A DNA stretch of 64,000 nt from Deltaproteobacteria bacterium RIFCSPHIGHO2_02_FULL_44_16. GTDB lineage: Bacteria; UBA10199; 2-02-FULL-44-16. The stretch is taken from the NCBI GenBank assembly GCA_001798185.1, contig MGRM01000004.1, positions 56,264 to 120,263 of the forward strand, written 5' to 3'. The position numbers and the translations under genes are program-made. The notes below the pieces were generated by a model. That model saw only the letters and a list, made by a program, of their open reading frames with translations. It did no database searches and was not told the DNA's origin. Shown piece by piece: positions 53,998 through 62,580 of the stretch (its first letter is position 1; each line of letters begins with the position of its first letter).

Positions 53998-54833
53998 AAG
54001 CAATCCAGGAGGAAACTCCTAAAGTGACGGAACTCGTCCCCATGCATTCTGCTTATCAAAAAATGTCGATTGTTCGGCCGCGTAATATCGATGAGCTTTT
54101 GAAAATCGCACAAATTTTTTCACGCTCTGATTTGGTGCCGAGGGAATACAAGGGGAAGCCTGAAAATGTAGTCCTCGCCATTCAGATGGGATCGGAGCTT
54201 GGACTTGCGCCTCTTCAGGCACTCCAAAATATTGCTGTCATCAATGGCCGTCCCTGCTTGTGGGGCGATGCCATGTTGGCCTTGGTACAGGCAAGCGGCA
54301 AGCTGGAATATATCCGGGAGTGGACAGAAGAAAAATCAGCTCACTGTGTGATCAAACGCAAAGGCTATCCGGAAGAATACGAAAAAATATTTTCCGATGA
54401 AGATGCACAACGTGCAGGGCTTTTACAGAAGCCGGGCCCTTGGCAGGAGTATCGAGATCGTCAGCGTCAGATGCGTGCCCGCTCCTTCGCATTGAGAGAC
54501 CAGTTTGCTGATGTGTTACGAGGATTATCTTCCATCGAAGAAGTTCAAGACTCTCCGGATCCCGAGATGCAAAATGTTTCTCGGCAATTTAAAAAAATGA
54601 CCGGAAAAACATTGATTCCTTCAACCAAATCAGAAAACGATTTAATTACCGAGGAAGAACGTCATCGCTTGGATCAATTGCGTGAAGCCGAAGGCATCAG
54701 CATTGAAGCCATCAAAGCTTACCTTAAAGACACTTACAACATCACGCATTCCCGACAGATTAAAAAAAGTGACTACTCCAGCATCTGTGATTGGCTCTTG
54801 ATGCAAAACCATCAGGTGGGAAACGTAAAATGA
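53982..54833 (+). CDS. recT: RecT-family single-strand annealing recombinase
   Basis: GKPENVVLAIQMGSELGLAPLQALQNIAVINGRPCLWGDAMLAL block. Confidence 0.7.
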   Translation: MSEAMKAIQEETPKVTELVPMHSAYQKMSIVRPRNIDELLKIAQIFSRSDLVPREYKGKPENVVLAIQMGSELGLAPLQALQNIAVINGRPCLWGDAMLALVQASGKLEYIREWTEEKSAHCVIKRKGYPEEYEKIFSDEDAQRAGLLQKPGPWQEYRDRQRQMRARSFALRDQFADVLRGLSSIEEVQDSPDPEMQNVSRQFKKMTGKTLIPSTKSENDLITEEERHRLDQLREAEGISIEAIKAYLKDTYNITHSRQIKKSDYSSICDWLLMQNHQVGNVK

Positions 54834-55156
54834 CGGAGCATGAAGAAAAAGTCTGGCAGTTTTTGAAGCTGCATGTGGGAAAGCAGAATGCGATTTCTTA
54901 CAAGCACATTGCTGAGGCCACTGATCTTGGAGAGCGCCTGGTCCGAGAAATTATCCGTACCCTTAAACTCCAGCATCATAAATTGATTGGCTTATCGCTC
55001 GTACAACCATCGGGCTACTTTGTGCTCTCGGATCTTGAGGAAATCAAAGCCTGTTCACGTATTTCCTTCGCCTATGAACAGAGCAACCGGGAGAACCGTC
55101 TCTATTATGAGCAAGTGGAAAAAGAAATTGTAGATCAACAGATGTCGCTTCTTTAG
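54830..55156 (+). CDS. Hypothetical winged-helix-like early protein
   Basis: ATG 54830 overlaps the recT stop (ATGA). 108 aa. Confidence 0.4.
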   Translation: MTEHEEKVWQFLKLHVGKQNAISYKHIAEATDLGERLVREIIRTLKLQHHKLIGLSLVQPSGYFVLSDLEEIKACSRISFAYEQSNRENRLYYEQVEKEIVDQQMSLL

Positions 55157-55165
55157 GAGAAGAGC

Positions 55166-56026
55166 TTGGTAAAATCACCCGCATTTCAATTTTATCCCTC
55201 CGACTGGATTTCCAGTCGTGCGGTCCGCATGATGGATGCGGAACAGCGCGGCTGGTATATCCAGCTTCTGGCGGAGGCTTGGGAATCCGATGTGCAAGGA
55301 AGCTTGCCCGATGATGAGGATCTCTTGAAACGATTGGCGGGCGTGAACATGTGTTCGACGGATGTTGAACAGCGTTGGAGGTTTGTTAAAAATCAGTTCC
55401 GCATCGTTGATGGAACACTCATTCAAGATCGTCTGTTAGAAGAAATTGCGAAGCAGGAAGAAAATCGAAAAAAGAAATCACGCGCTGGTCAAAAAAGTGG
55501 GCAGGTCCGTCGAAAAAAGAGAGAACACTATAAGAAACAGCATCTTCATAAACTTAACACCTGTTCAACAGATGTTGAGCAAAGCACGAACACAAGGCCA
55601 ACAGAATCGAACCCTTCATCTTCTCTTTCTTCTTCACCTCCACTTTCACCTTCACATAAGAAAATAAATATATACTCGCCCGACGCGGAAGAAATGCGAC
55701 TCAGTCAACTTTTGTTTGGCTTGATTCAGGAAAGAAATCCCAAACACAAACAACCTCACTTTCAGCAATGGGCCAGAGAGATTGATCTCATGATCCGAAA
55801 GGACAATCGGGCACCAGGAGAAATCGAAAAAGTCATCCGCTGGTCCCAAGCGGATTCTTTCTGGCAGAACAACATCCTCTCGACCTCAAAGCTTCGAGAA
55901 AAGTTTGATCAAATGTGGCTCAAAATAAACAGCAAACCTCAAGAGAAAGGAAACAGCTATGATCCAACAAAATTCCATATTGGAACCGATTTCGCAGACA
56001 AAGACTATCGACAAGGTATTTTCTAA
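55166..56026 (+). CDS. DUF1376 (YdaU-like) replication-associated protein
   Basis: FQFYPSDWISS...MDAEQRGWYIQLL N-terminal domain. TTG start after AGGAGA. Confidence 0.65.
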   Translation: MVKSPAFQFYPSDWISSRAVRMMDAEQRGWYIQLLAEAWESDVQGSLPDDEDLLKRLAGVNMCSTDVEQRWRFVKNQFRIVDGTLIQDRLLEEIAKQEENRKKKSRAGQKSGQVRRKKREHYKKQHLHKLNTCSTDVEQSTNTRPTESNPSSSLSSSPPLSPSHKKINIYSPDAEEMRLSQLLFGLIQERNPKHKQPHFQQWAREIDLMIRKDNRAPGEIEKVIRWSQADSFWQNNILSTSKLREKFDQMWLKINSKPQEKGNSYDPTKFHIGTDFADKDYRQGIF

Positions 56027-56729
56027 CCGCTGCCCGAAGCACAATCTGTCTTTGGAGACGACGTGTTATGGCGAAGGAGAATATAAACGCCAAGTTCGCT
56101 TTTGTCCCGAATGTAAAAAGACAGAACGACATTCTTTTGAGTTTGAGAAGAGGCAGCAAGAAATCCGGGATTATCTCCAGCGAGCCAATATCTCTCCGCG
56201 ATTTACAGAAAAGTCTCTCGGTAATTTCAAAATCGAAAATAAAAACCAGGAGCAAGTGATCAATGGTGTCTATCAATTTCTGGCGCAGTTTGAATCCTCC
56301 ACGGGCATGATCTTCATGGGCAAGCCCGGAACTGGAAAAAGTCATTTGGCCACAGCCATCGCCAAAGAAGTAATCTGCAAAAAAGGCAAATCGGCCATGA
56401 TGACTACCGCCATGAAGATGCTGCGACAGATTAAATCTTCCTGGAAAGATGAGAGTATCAGCGAAGAAACGGCTCTTAGAAAATTTATCCAACCTGATGT
56501 GTTGATCATTGATGAAATCGGGGTTCAGTTCGGATCAGACACCGAGCGTTTGTATCTCACCGAGATTATCAACGATCGTTACGAGTGGATGAAGCAAACA
56601 ATTGTTCTCACCAATCTCACAATGGAAGAGCTCAACGTTGTTCTCGGAGAGAGGATTCTCGATCGTTTCCGGGAAGGTGGACAAGTATTGGTGTTTGACT
56701 GGAAATCATACCGTGGACGAAAGGTTTAA
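55959..56729 (+). CDS. DnaC/IstB-like AAA+ helicase loader
   Basis: Walker A GKPGTGKSHLA, Walker B LIIDEIG, and N-terminal Cys4 (CPKH...CPEC). Confidence 0.7.
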   Translation: MIQQNSILEPISQTKTIDKVFSNRCPKHNLSLETTCYGEGEYKRQVRFCPECKKTERHSFEFEKRQQEIRDYLQRANISPRFTEKSLGNFKIENKNQEQVINGVYQFLAQFESSTGMIFMGKPGTGKSHLATAIAKEVICKKGKSAMMTTAMKMLRQIKSSWKDESISEETALRKFIQPDVLIIDEIGVQFGSDTERLYLTEIINDRYEWMKQTIVLTNLTMEELNVVLGERILDRFREGGQVLVFDWKSYRGRKV

Positions 56730-56769
56730 ATTCAAAGGATACGGCGACACTATCGAGTGGATTCAAAAT

Positions 56770-56997
56770 ATGACGAATGGTAAGTCTCATCCCTGTGAAG
56801 TTCATCAAACCTTCGACAGGGTTATGAAGCAGGTACTGGATCTGGGGCAAAGCAGTCTGCCGGAAAAGCAATTTCTGGCATTCCGTAAGATGATTATGGA
56901 CTTCTTTGCCGATGGGAAACGAAGTCTTTATGACTTCAAGGGCCGGTGCGGTTCAAGCAAAACAATGGCGAAGGGGGCGGTGGACATGGATGGATGA
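56770..56997 (+). CDS. Hypothetical early protein
   Basis: Open frame with an alternative GTG start at 56713. No motif recognised. Confidence 0.3.
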   Translation: MTNGKSHPCEVHQTFDRVMKQVLDLGQSSLPEKQFLAFRKMIMDFFADGKRSLYDFKGRCGSSKTMAKGAVDMDG

Positions 56998-57080
56998 AAA
57001 AAGATTTTCCCGATCGTTTGAGCAATTCATCGATTTTTTGAGTGAGCAGATGGTTACTTACTACATGAGGGGAGGATTTT

Positions 57081-58853
57081 TTGATGGAAAACAATATAAA
57101 GAAAATTCTCCAGGATCTTTTTCCGGAGAAGAGTGCCCGAAGCTTGGCCCCGGGCAGTGCGATCAAGGCAGGAGTCTACCTCCGCCAGAGCACGATCGAT
57201 GGACAGAATCATGAAAGCATCGAAGAACAATTAGAATTCATCCGGCATCGCCTGAATTCTTGCCAGGTGCGATCTGCGATCTATCCTCACGGAAAGATCG
57301 AAATCAGCGAGGAGTTCATCTATCTCGACCGGGGCAAGACCGGACGTGTCGGGAGGGACAACTACGACGCCTTCAAACACTCGATCCAAATGGGTCAATT
57401 CAGGCTCGGTCTGGTTTACGATCTATCCCGCCTAACACGTGAACTGGGCAGTCTCCTTGATATTTATAACATCGCGCACGCCTACGACGTGGAATTGATC
57501 TCCGTCTCGGAATTGATCAGTTCTCACACGGAGGGCGCACGGATTCATTTCATTGCCAAAGGGATGGCGAATGAAATGCAGTCCGAATCGATTTCCAGGC
57601 AGACTCGTCGCGGGCTCGAATTACGTGCCCTCTCAGGCAAGTCCACAGGCCATAACCCTTACGGCTATGTGAGCATATCTCAAAATCCGGACAAGCCACG
57701 TGACTCTCATGATCCTGCCAATAAAACTGTGGTGGTTCACGAAGAAAATGCCATCGTCGTCCGAAAAATCTTTGAACTCTACGACGCTTCAGCCCAAGGC
57801 GTGGATAGTATCGCCAAATTGCTCAATGAAGAACAGATCCCGTCACCGAGCGGGAAACAATGGATCGGTCGCACGGTCTATGGGATTCTCAAACAACCCA
57901 AATACATCGGTGTGTGGGTTTACGGGCGCACCTGCATCAAGCGTGACTCGACACGGGACAAGCTCATTCAAGTCAACCGACCACAAAATGAGTGGGTCGT
58001 TCAAACCTACGAGCGCCTACGGATTATTCCCCAGGATCTCTGGGATCGCGTGCAATCAAAACTGAAGACTGTAGAAGAAACGCGCAGGTTAGCACGCAAC
58101 AAATCCGACTCCATCTGGGGGCGCAACCGGGGACTTCCGAATCATTTTTTCACCGGTGCTTTGGTATGCGGCGAGTGCGGCAGCAACTTCCTGACGATCT
58201 CCGGAAAGGGAGGTGGTTACATGGGTTGCCGGAATGCCCATCGTCTAAATAGTTGTGACAATAAGCGTATTGTCCTGATTCGCTGGGTGGAATACACATT
58301 GCTCACGGAACTCAGATCATGGATCAACAATCCGGAGACGCTGGATCGCATCTGTAAGCAGATCAATGGGAGTATCGCCGACCGGATGTCGGTCATCCCG
58401 GCCAAGATTCAAGAACTAGAAAAGGAACTCGCCAAGGTCCAGAAGAGCATCGATAATTTTGTGAAATTCATCGCCGAGGGAAATGCCTCGGAGACAGTGG
58501 CCTCTGCCCTGAAAAAGGCCGAGGAAAAGAAAGGTGCTCTGGAAGCACAGCTCTTTAATCTGCGTGGCCGGGAACAGAAGCAGATTTATCTGACTCCGTA
58601 TGCAATTCGTGGTGCTCTTTGTGACATGGACGAAATCCTGGGGCAGGACATTCCCCGGGCAAACGCTTACATCAAAAGTTTATTCGTGGATGCGATTCGA
58701 ATGGTTCCGAAGAAGGAAGACGGTGGATATTATGAGGCGCAAGGACAAGTAAACCTCACCAATCTCGTGAGGTTCACTTTCCCTGTTAATGGCGCTCCAT
58801 ACGGGAATCGAACCCGTATTTCAGCCTTGAGAGGGCCGCGTCCTAACCGTTAG
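57081..58853 (+). CDS. Large serine recombinase (phage integrase)
   Basis: Catalytic AGVYLRQSTIDGQ, recombinase domain, Zn ribbon CGECGSNF...C, and a coiled coil. The 3' end runs through attR into the tRNA gene. Confidence 0.85.
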   Translation: MMENNIKKILQDLFPEKSARSLAPGSAIKAGVYLRQSTIDGQNHESIEEQLEFIRHRLNSCQVRSAIYPHGKIEISEEFIYLDRGKTGRVGRDNYDAFKHSIQMGQFRLGLVYDLSRLTRELGSLLDIYNIAHAYDVELISVSELISSHTEGARIHFIAKGMANEMQSESISRQTRRGLELRALSGKSTGHNPYGYVSISQNPDKPRDSHDPANKTVVVHEENAIVVRKIFELYDASAQGVDSIAKLLNEEQIPSPSGKQWIGRTVYGILKQPKYIGVWVYGRTCIKRDSTRDKLIQVNRPQNEWVVQTYERLRIIPQDLWDRVQSKLKTVEETRRLARNKSDSIWGRNRGLPNHFFTGALVCGECGSNFLTISGKGGGYMGCRNAHRLNSCDNKRIVLIRWVEYTLLTELRSWINNPETLDRICKQINGSIADRMSVIPAKIQELEKELAKVQKSIDNFVKFIAEGNASETVASALKKAEEKKGALEAQLFNLRGREQKQIYLTPYAIRGALCDMDEILGQDIPRANAYIKSLFVDAIRMVPKKEDGGYYEAQGQVNLTNLVRFTFPVNGAPYGNRTRISALRGPRPNR

Positions 58854-58864
58854 ACGAATAGAGC
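58790..58864 (-). tRNA. tRNA-Glu (anticodon CUC)
   Basis: 75-nt cloverleaf folded by hand. Acceptor GCUCUAU/AUGGAGC, D arm GUCU-AACGGUUA-GGAC, anticodon arm CGGCC-CUCUCAA-GGCUG, T arm ACGGG-UUCGAUU-CCCGU, then GCCA. Confidence 0.85.
58792..58809. repeat. attR core within tRNA-Glu
   Basis: Identical 18 bp to 16110-16127. Confidence 0.8.
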
Positions 58865-58919
58865 ATTGTTGGCGCACTATCAGATCCACTTCCGAGCGGC
58901 AAGGTGGAAAAAAGAGAGC

Positions 58920-59261
58920 TTAAGAAAGCTTTTGACGAAGATATTTTTTGAGTGGCTCAAGTCCTTCCGTAATCGTCTTCCACACAACCTCAACATCCAC
59001 ACCGAAATAATCGTGGATCAGTTTGTGACGCATGCCGATTATTTTCTCCCAAGGAACAGGACTATCTGAAACGATATTTTTCGGAATTCTTCCGGCTGCC
59101 TCCCCCACAATTTCAAGTTGGCGAATGACAGCACTGATCGTTTTAGAATCGCGAATGAATTGTTGATGAGAGTAACCGTCAACATAACTTTCGATTTCCT
59201 CAATCGCTAAAAGCATATGTTCAAAATATTTTTCAGGCTGCTTGTTCATAAACGATTTCAA
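58920..59261 (-). CDS. hepT: HepT (DUF86) toxin
   Basis: RHKLIHDYFGVD (RxxxH motif) and IVGEAA segment. Overlaps the upstream MNT gene. Confidence 0.75.
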   Translation of the reverse strand: MKSFMNKQPEKYFEHMLLAIEEIESYVDGYSHQQFIRDSKTISAVIRQLEIVGEAAGRIPKNIVSDSPVPWEKIIGMRHKLIHDYFGVDVEVVWKTITEGLEPLKKYLRQKLS

Positions 59262-59757
59262 GTTGACTCAGAATCTCATCCGCAAGAACTGGAGAGAGAG
59301 ATGGAAGCGTTACCAAATGTAGAGCATGCGAAGATTTCAGAAGTTTTTGCAGCTCCACTTCAACATTAGCAAGCTCAAAAAAAGTGAGAGGTTTCTCAAA
59401 ATCAACGAGCACATCGATGTCACTCTCTTTGCGAAAATCATCGCGTAACACAGAACCAAAAAAAGCTAGAGAACGAATAGAATATTTCTGACAAAACTTT
59501 TTGATTTTATTCCGATCCACATCAAGATGTTTTTGCAATTGTTGTCTTGCTTTTTTCTGTGCGAGATCATTGAGAGAAAGAAGCGTAAGCTTCATTCCAA
59601 GAGCTGAAATAAGTTTGTCGAGATTATCGAGATGAAGATTTCCACCATCAAAAAAAGTACTGATACTTTGCCTGCGAACACCACTTTCCAGGGAAAGTTG
59701 GCGCAAAGAAATCCCTTGTTGCGCCATTTGTAATTTTAATCGTTCCCGAAGATGCAT
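59233..59757 (-). CDS. mntA: MntA-type nucleotidyltransferase antitoxin with N-terminal XRE HTH
   Basis: N-terminal HTH (GISLRQLSLESGVRRQSISTF) and C-terminal FFGSVLRDDFRKESDIDVLV (GS...DxD). Confidence 0.7.
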   Translation of the reverse strand: MHLRERLKLQMAQQGISLRQLSLESGVRRQSISTFFDGGNLHLDNLDKLISALGMKLTLLSLNDLAQKKARQQLQKHLDVDRNKIKKFCQKYSIRSLAFFGSVLRDDFRKESDIDVLVDFEKPLTFFELANVEVELQKLLKSSHALHLVTLPSLSPVLADEILSQLEIVYEQAA

Positions 59758-59765
59758 AACGATAT

Positions 59766-59783
59766 GGTACTATTAATAGTACC
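59766..59783. promoter_or_regulatory. Perfect 18-bp palindrome upstream of the mntA-hepT operon (candidate operator)
   Basis: GGTACTATTAATAGTACC begins 9 nt upstream of the mntA start. Confidence 0.45.
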
Positions 59784-60035
59784 AAAATGTCAATATTGGA
59801 TCTATTTTCTCTTCTTCTTCGTTTCAGTAATATCTGCGTAGTGTGGTTGAGGTACCGGCGCAAAACAAATCTAAGATACTAAGTGCAACAAGAAACATAA
59901 ATTCCCCCTTAATGTGTCTGCTCTAAAGACACGAAATCTAAAAGCTTGAAAATCAGGGGTGAGCTGTATTTTTGATAGGAAAATCCCCTAGGCGAAACTT
60001 TTCATGATAAATACCGATAAGATGCTGGGAGATAA

Positions 60036-62345
60036 ATGATGTCAGTGAAAAGACTCACCACAGCCCAGGATTTCTTTGTCAAATATGGTTTAGACCAAGA
60101 AAATGGTCGCATTGATAAAGATCGCGCTACTCCTGGTATTCAAAGTGATCAAAACGGCTCTGCATTAGTTTCTGACTATCAATCACTACCGCCCGCGTAT
60201 CGTTATGTTGTTTTTTCCCAACTTCAAAAACGTCGCGAAACAGAAGTTCTTGAAAACGCGGTGAACGCTCAATACCCTCAACCCTGGGCACAAAAAATTC
60301 TGCAACTCAATTCATGCACTGAAACCTTAAAAAATTCTTTTCTTTCTGGACAATACACATCCGATGTCTGGAGCGGACGACTTGCCCTTCTCGAAGGAAT
60401 ATTTCTTGCCTCACAACTCATGACACAGTTGGAAGAGATATCAGGAAACGGAAATATTCCTATCACAAGACTTGGACCAGTTCGAAGATCACTTTTTGAA
60501 AATCTTTCCGAACTCTATCTTCTCTCTGGAAGAACATATTGGGATACAGATGGCGACTTTCATTACTATGATTTTGAAACTGAACCGAGTGATCGTTATT
60601 TCGACGACAAAGATTCACATCCCCTCGATCCACTCTCTTCATACGATCCTGATGGAGATCTTGTCGATGAACACGATCCCGACTCTTTCAATTCTGCGCT
60701 CTGGAATCGCGTACCGCGAGGAGGAAAAATTGAAGGTGCCCTGTGCGATGTGATGCATCATGAAGATGATAGTTATACAATTCTTCTGAAGATCAACTTA
60801 CGACCCGCATCTGACGCGCGAGACAAGACACAGATTGAAAATGCAATCACACCCGATGAAAGAGAAAAACTCGCAAAAACCTACGAGCACTTTTATGAAA
60901 CTCATCGAGAAGAGAGAGCAAAAGATATCGCGCTGGACATCCAATTTATAGATAACCCACGAGAAGCTCATGCTGTTGTGGAAATCACGGATGATAAAGC
61001 ATGGCGGTCGAACATGAAAAAATGGGCTCTTGCTGATCTTCAAAACCCGGCCATTATCGTACATGAAAACTTACACATACCTGGCCTTCCAGATCTCTAT
61101 AATGAAGAATATGTTCATGGAAACATTCGCGATCACACGTTTTCTCCGGGATACATTCTTCTGGATCCTCAGAACATTATGGTTCGTCATGGTCCAACAT
61201 CAATCATTCGAGCGTGGCAAATGAGAAGTATCATTGCAAAAGCAACACCCGGAACAAAACTCTTTTGGAAAGAAGCATCACATCATGAAACGCTGAATGT
61301 TGGAATTTCCTGGGAGCATATTGCAAGAGCTAGAAGCGACATGCAGCACGATCAACCAAACGAAGAACTTTCGATTGTTGGTCCCAGACATCCCTGGATG
61401 AATCCATTCATTACGTCAGCAGAAGATCACTTACGAAGGGGCGAAGTCGCTCGCGGATTGGAATTGATGCATATGGCGTGGAGTTCAGGTCTCTCCAGAC
61501 ATGATCGCCGTCAACTGGCAGATCTTTTCTGGGCATATGGCTACCGGAAAGAAACGTTTTTTCTATTGCAAGAAGGACTCGAAAAAAATCCTCGTGACTC
61601 CTCTCTTCTTGAAAGCATGGCAGCCTTTTCCCTTCTTTCGAAGGAACCACAAGCGGCTCATGATTATGCAGAACAGGCGGTTCAACAATGCGATCAGTGT
61701 CTTTACAGCAATCTTTATCTGATCCTCTCTCTATTTGAATTGGGACAAATCAAAGAGGCAAAGGAAACGTATACACGAGCAACAGAAAAAATTCACTCCG
61801 CACGGCAGAAAGAACTCAGAGAAGAAACCACGAGATATCTCATCAGAAAAGGAAACATCGCTGAGGCAGAAGAAATATATATGGATGAAAGCTGGCACGA
61901 TGATGGAACCAAATGGAGATTTTTTAACCTCCTTGTCGCGGAAGGTCGATATCATGAAGCAAAAAAATATTACGAGCAGGCTTTTTTACAACGCGGAAGC
62001 GACCTTGAAACAGAGCTTGATTGGACAACGTATATAGCATTGCTTCATCGACTAGGAGAGAATGATCTGGCCGTGACCCATTTGACGAACATGGTCATAC
62101 GAGATCCTTATTCTCTTGAAAAACGGTTTTCCCTCGCACAGTTCTTTGTGCGCACCAAAAAATACAAGAAAGCCATGCAACAATTTGCTGAGATTGCAGC
62201 GATAGGCCGCCTTATGAACAATACCCACAAGTTACGCATTGATCGGGACGCTCTCAAAGAAGCTATTCTCACCTCTCTCCCTCAGAACGATGAAACAGAA
62301 ATTCTTCGAGAAGATATCGAAGATCTTTTCAAAATATCTTCTTGA
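60036..62345 (+). CDS. Large protein with HExxH motif and C-terminal TPR-like repeats
   Basis: IVHENLHIPG (HExxH). The C-terminal ~330 aa is helical-repeat rich (AWSSGL..., LLESMAAF..., YYEQAF...). Confidence 0.5.
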   Translation: MMSVKRLTTAQDFFVKYGLDQENGRIDKDRATPGIQSDQNGSALVSDYQSLPPAYRYVVFSQLQKRRETEVLENAVNAQYPQPWAQKILQLNSCTETLKNSFLSGQYTSDVWSGRLALLEGIFLASQLMTQLEEISGNGNIPITRLGPVRRSLFENLSELYLLSGRTYWDTDGDFHYYDFETEPSDRYFDDKDSHPLDPLSSYDPDGDLVDEHDPDSFNSALWNRVPRGGKIEGALCDVMHHEDDSYTILLKINLRPASDARDKTQIENAITPDEREKLAKTYEHFYETHREERAKDIALDIQFIDNPREAHAVVEITDDKAWRSNMKKWALADLQNPAIIVHENLHIPGLPDLYNEEYVHGNIRDHTFSPGYILLDPQNIMVRHGPTSIIRAWQMRSIIAKATPGTKLFWKEASHHETLNVGISWEHIARARSDMQHDQPNEELSIVGPRHPWMNPFITSAEDHLRRGEVARGLELMHMAWSSGLSRHDRRQLADLFWAYGYRKETFFLLQEGLEKNPRDSSLLESMAAFSLLSKEPQAAHDYAEQAVQQCDQCLYSNLYLILSLFELGQIKEAKETYTRATEKIHSARQKELREETTRYLIRKGNIAEAEEIYMDESWHDDGTKWRFFNLLVAEGRYHEAKKYYEQAFLQRGSDLETELDWTTYIALLHRLGENDLAVTHLTNMVIRDPYSLEKRFSLAQFFVRTKKYKKAMQQFAEIAAIGRLMNNTHKLRIDRDALKEAILTSLPQNDETEILREDIEDLFKISS

Positions 62346-62504
62346 AAAATCTCTCGGAGACATCGTCTCCCGCAGACTTTTCATAAAGCCATCTGATTCT
62401 GAATCCACTGCATGGCATAATATAAAAGTTCCGTGCTGTTTTTAAGATGCAACATGGATCACCTGGGGAGCTCTCGGATTTTTGGGAATCGAGTGTGTTT
62501 CTTT

Positions 62505-62524
62505 TGTTTCACAAATGTTACAAT
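62505..62524 (+). promoter_or_regulatory. Candidate Pho box upstream of the phosphate porin
   Basis: TGTTTCAC-aaa-TGTTACAA direct repeats at 11-bp spacing, ~60 nt upstream of the porin ATG. A third TGTTTC lies at 62496. Confidence 0.3.
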
Positions 62525-62580
62525 TCCATCTTTTTTCTGCCACAAAAATTTTATAGGAATGGTCTGCTGAAGGAGGCAAC

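Larger units (their letters stand above)
16110..58809. mobile_element. Integrated temperate phage (~42.7 kb), lambda-like head and Mu-like contractile tail, inserted in tRNA-Glu
   Basis: 18-bp direct repeats at both ends, recombinase next to attR, and a full packaging/head/tail/immunity/replication gene set in between. Confidence 0.85.

Noticed and set aside
55920-56492. 190-aa minus-strand ORF.
   Set aside because: It is antisense to the DUF1376 and DnaC-like genes, which have clear Walker motifs on the + strand.
56906-57214. 102-aa ORF overlapping the end of the early region and the integrase start.
   Set aside because: It overlaps the serine recombinase N-terminus in another frame and has no motif or SD. 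It is probably not expressed.
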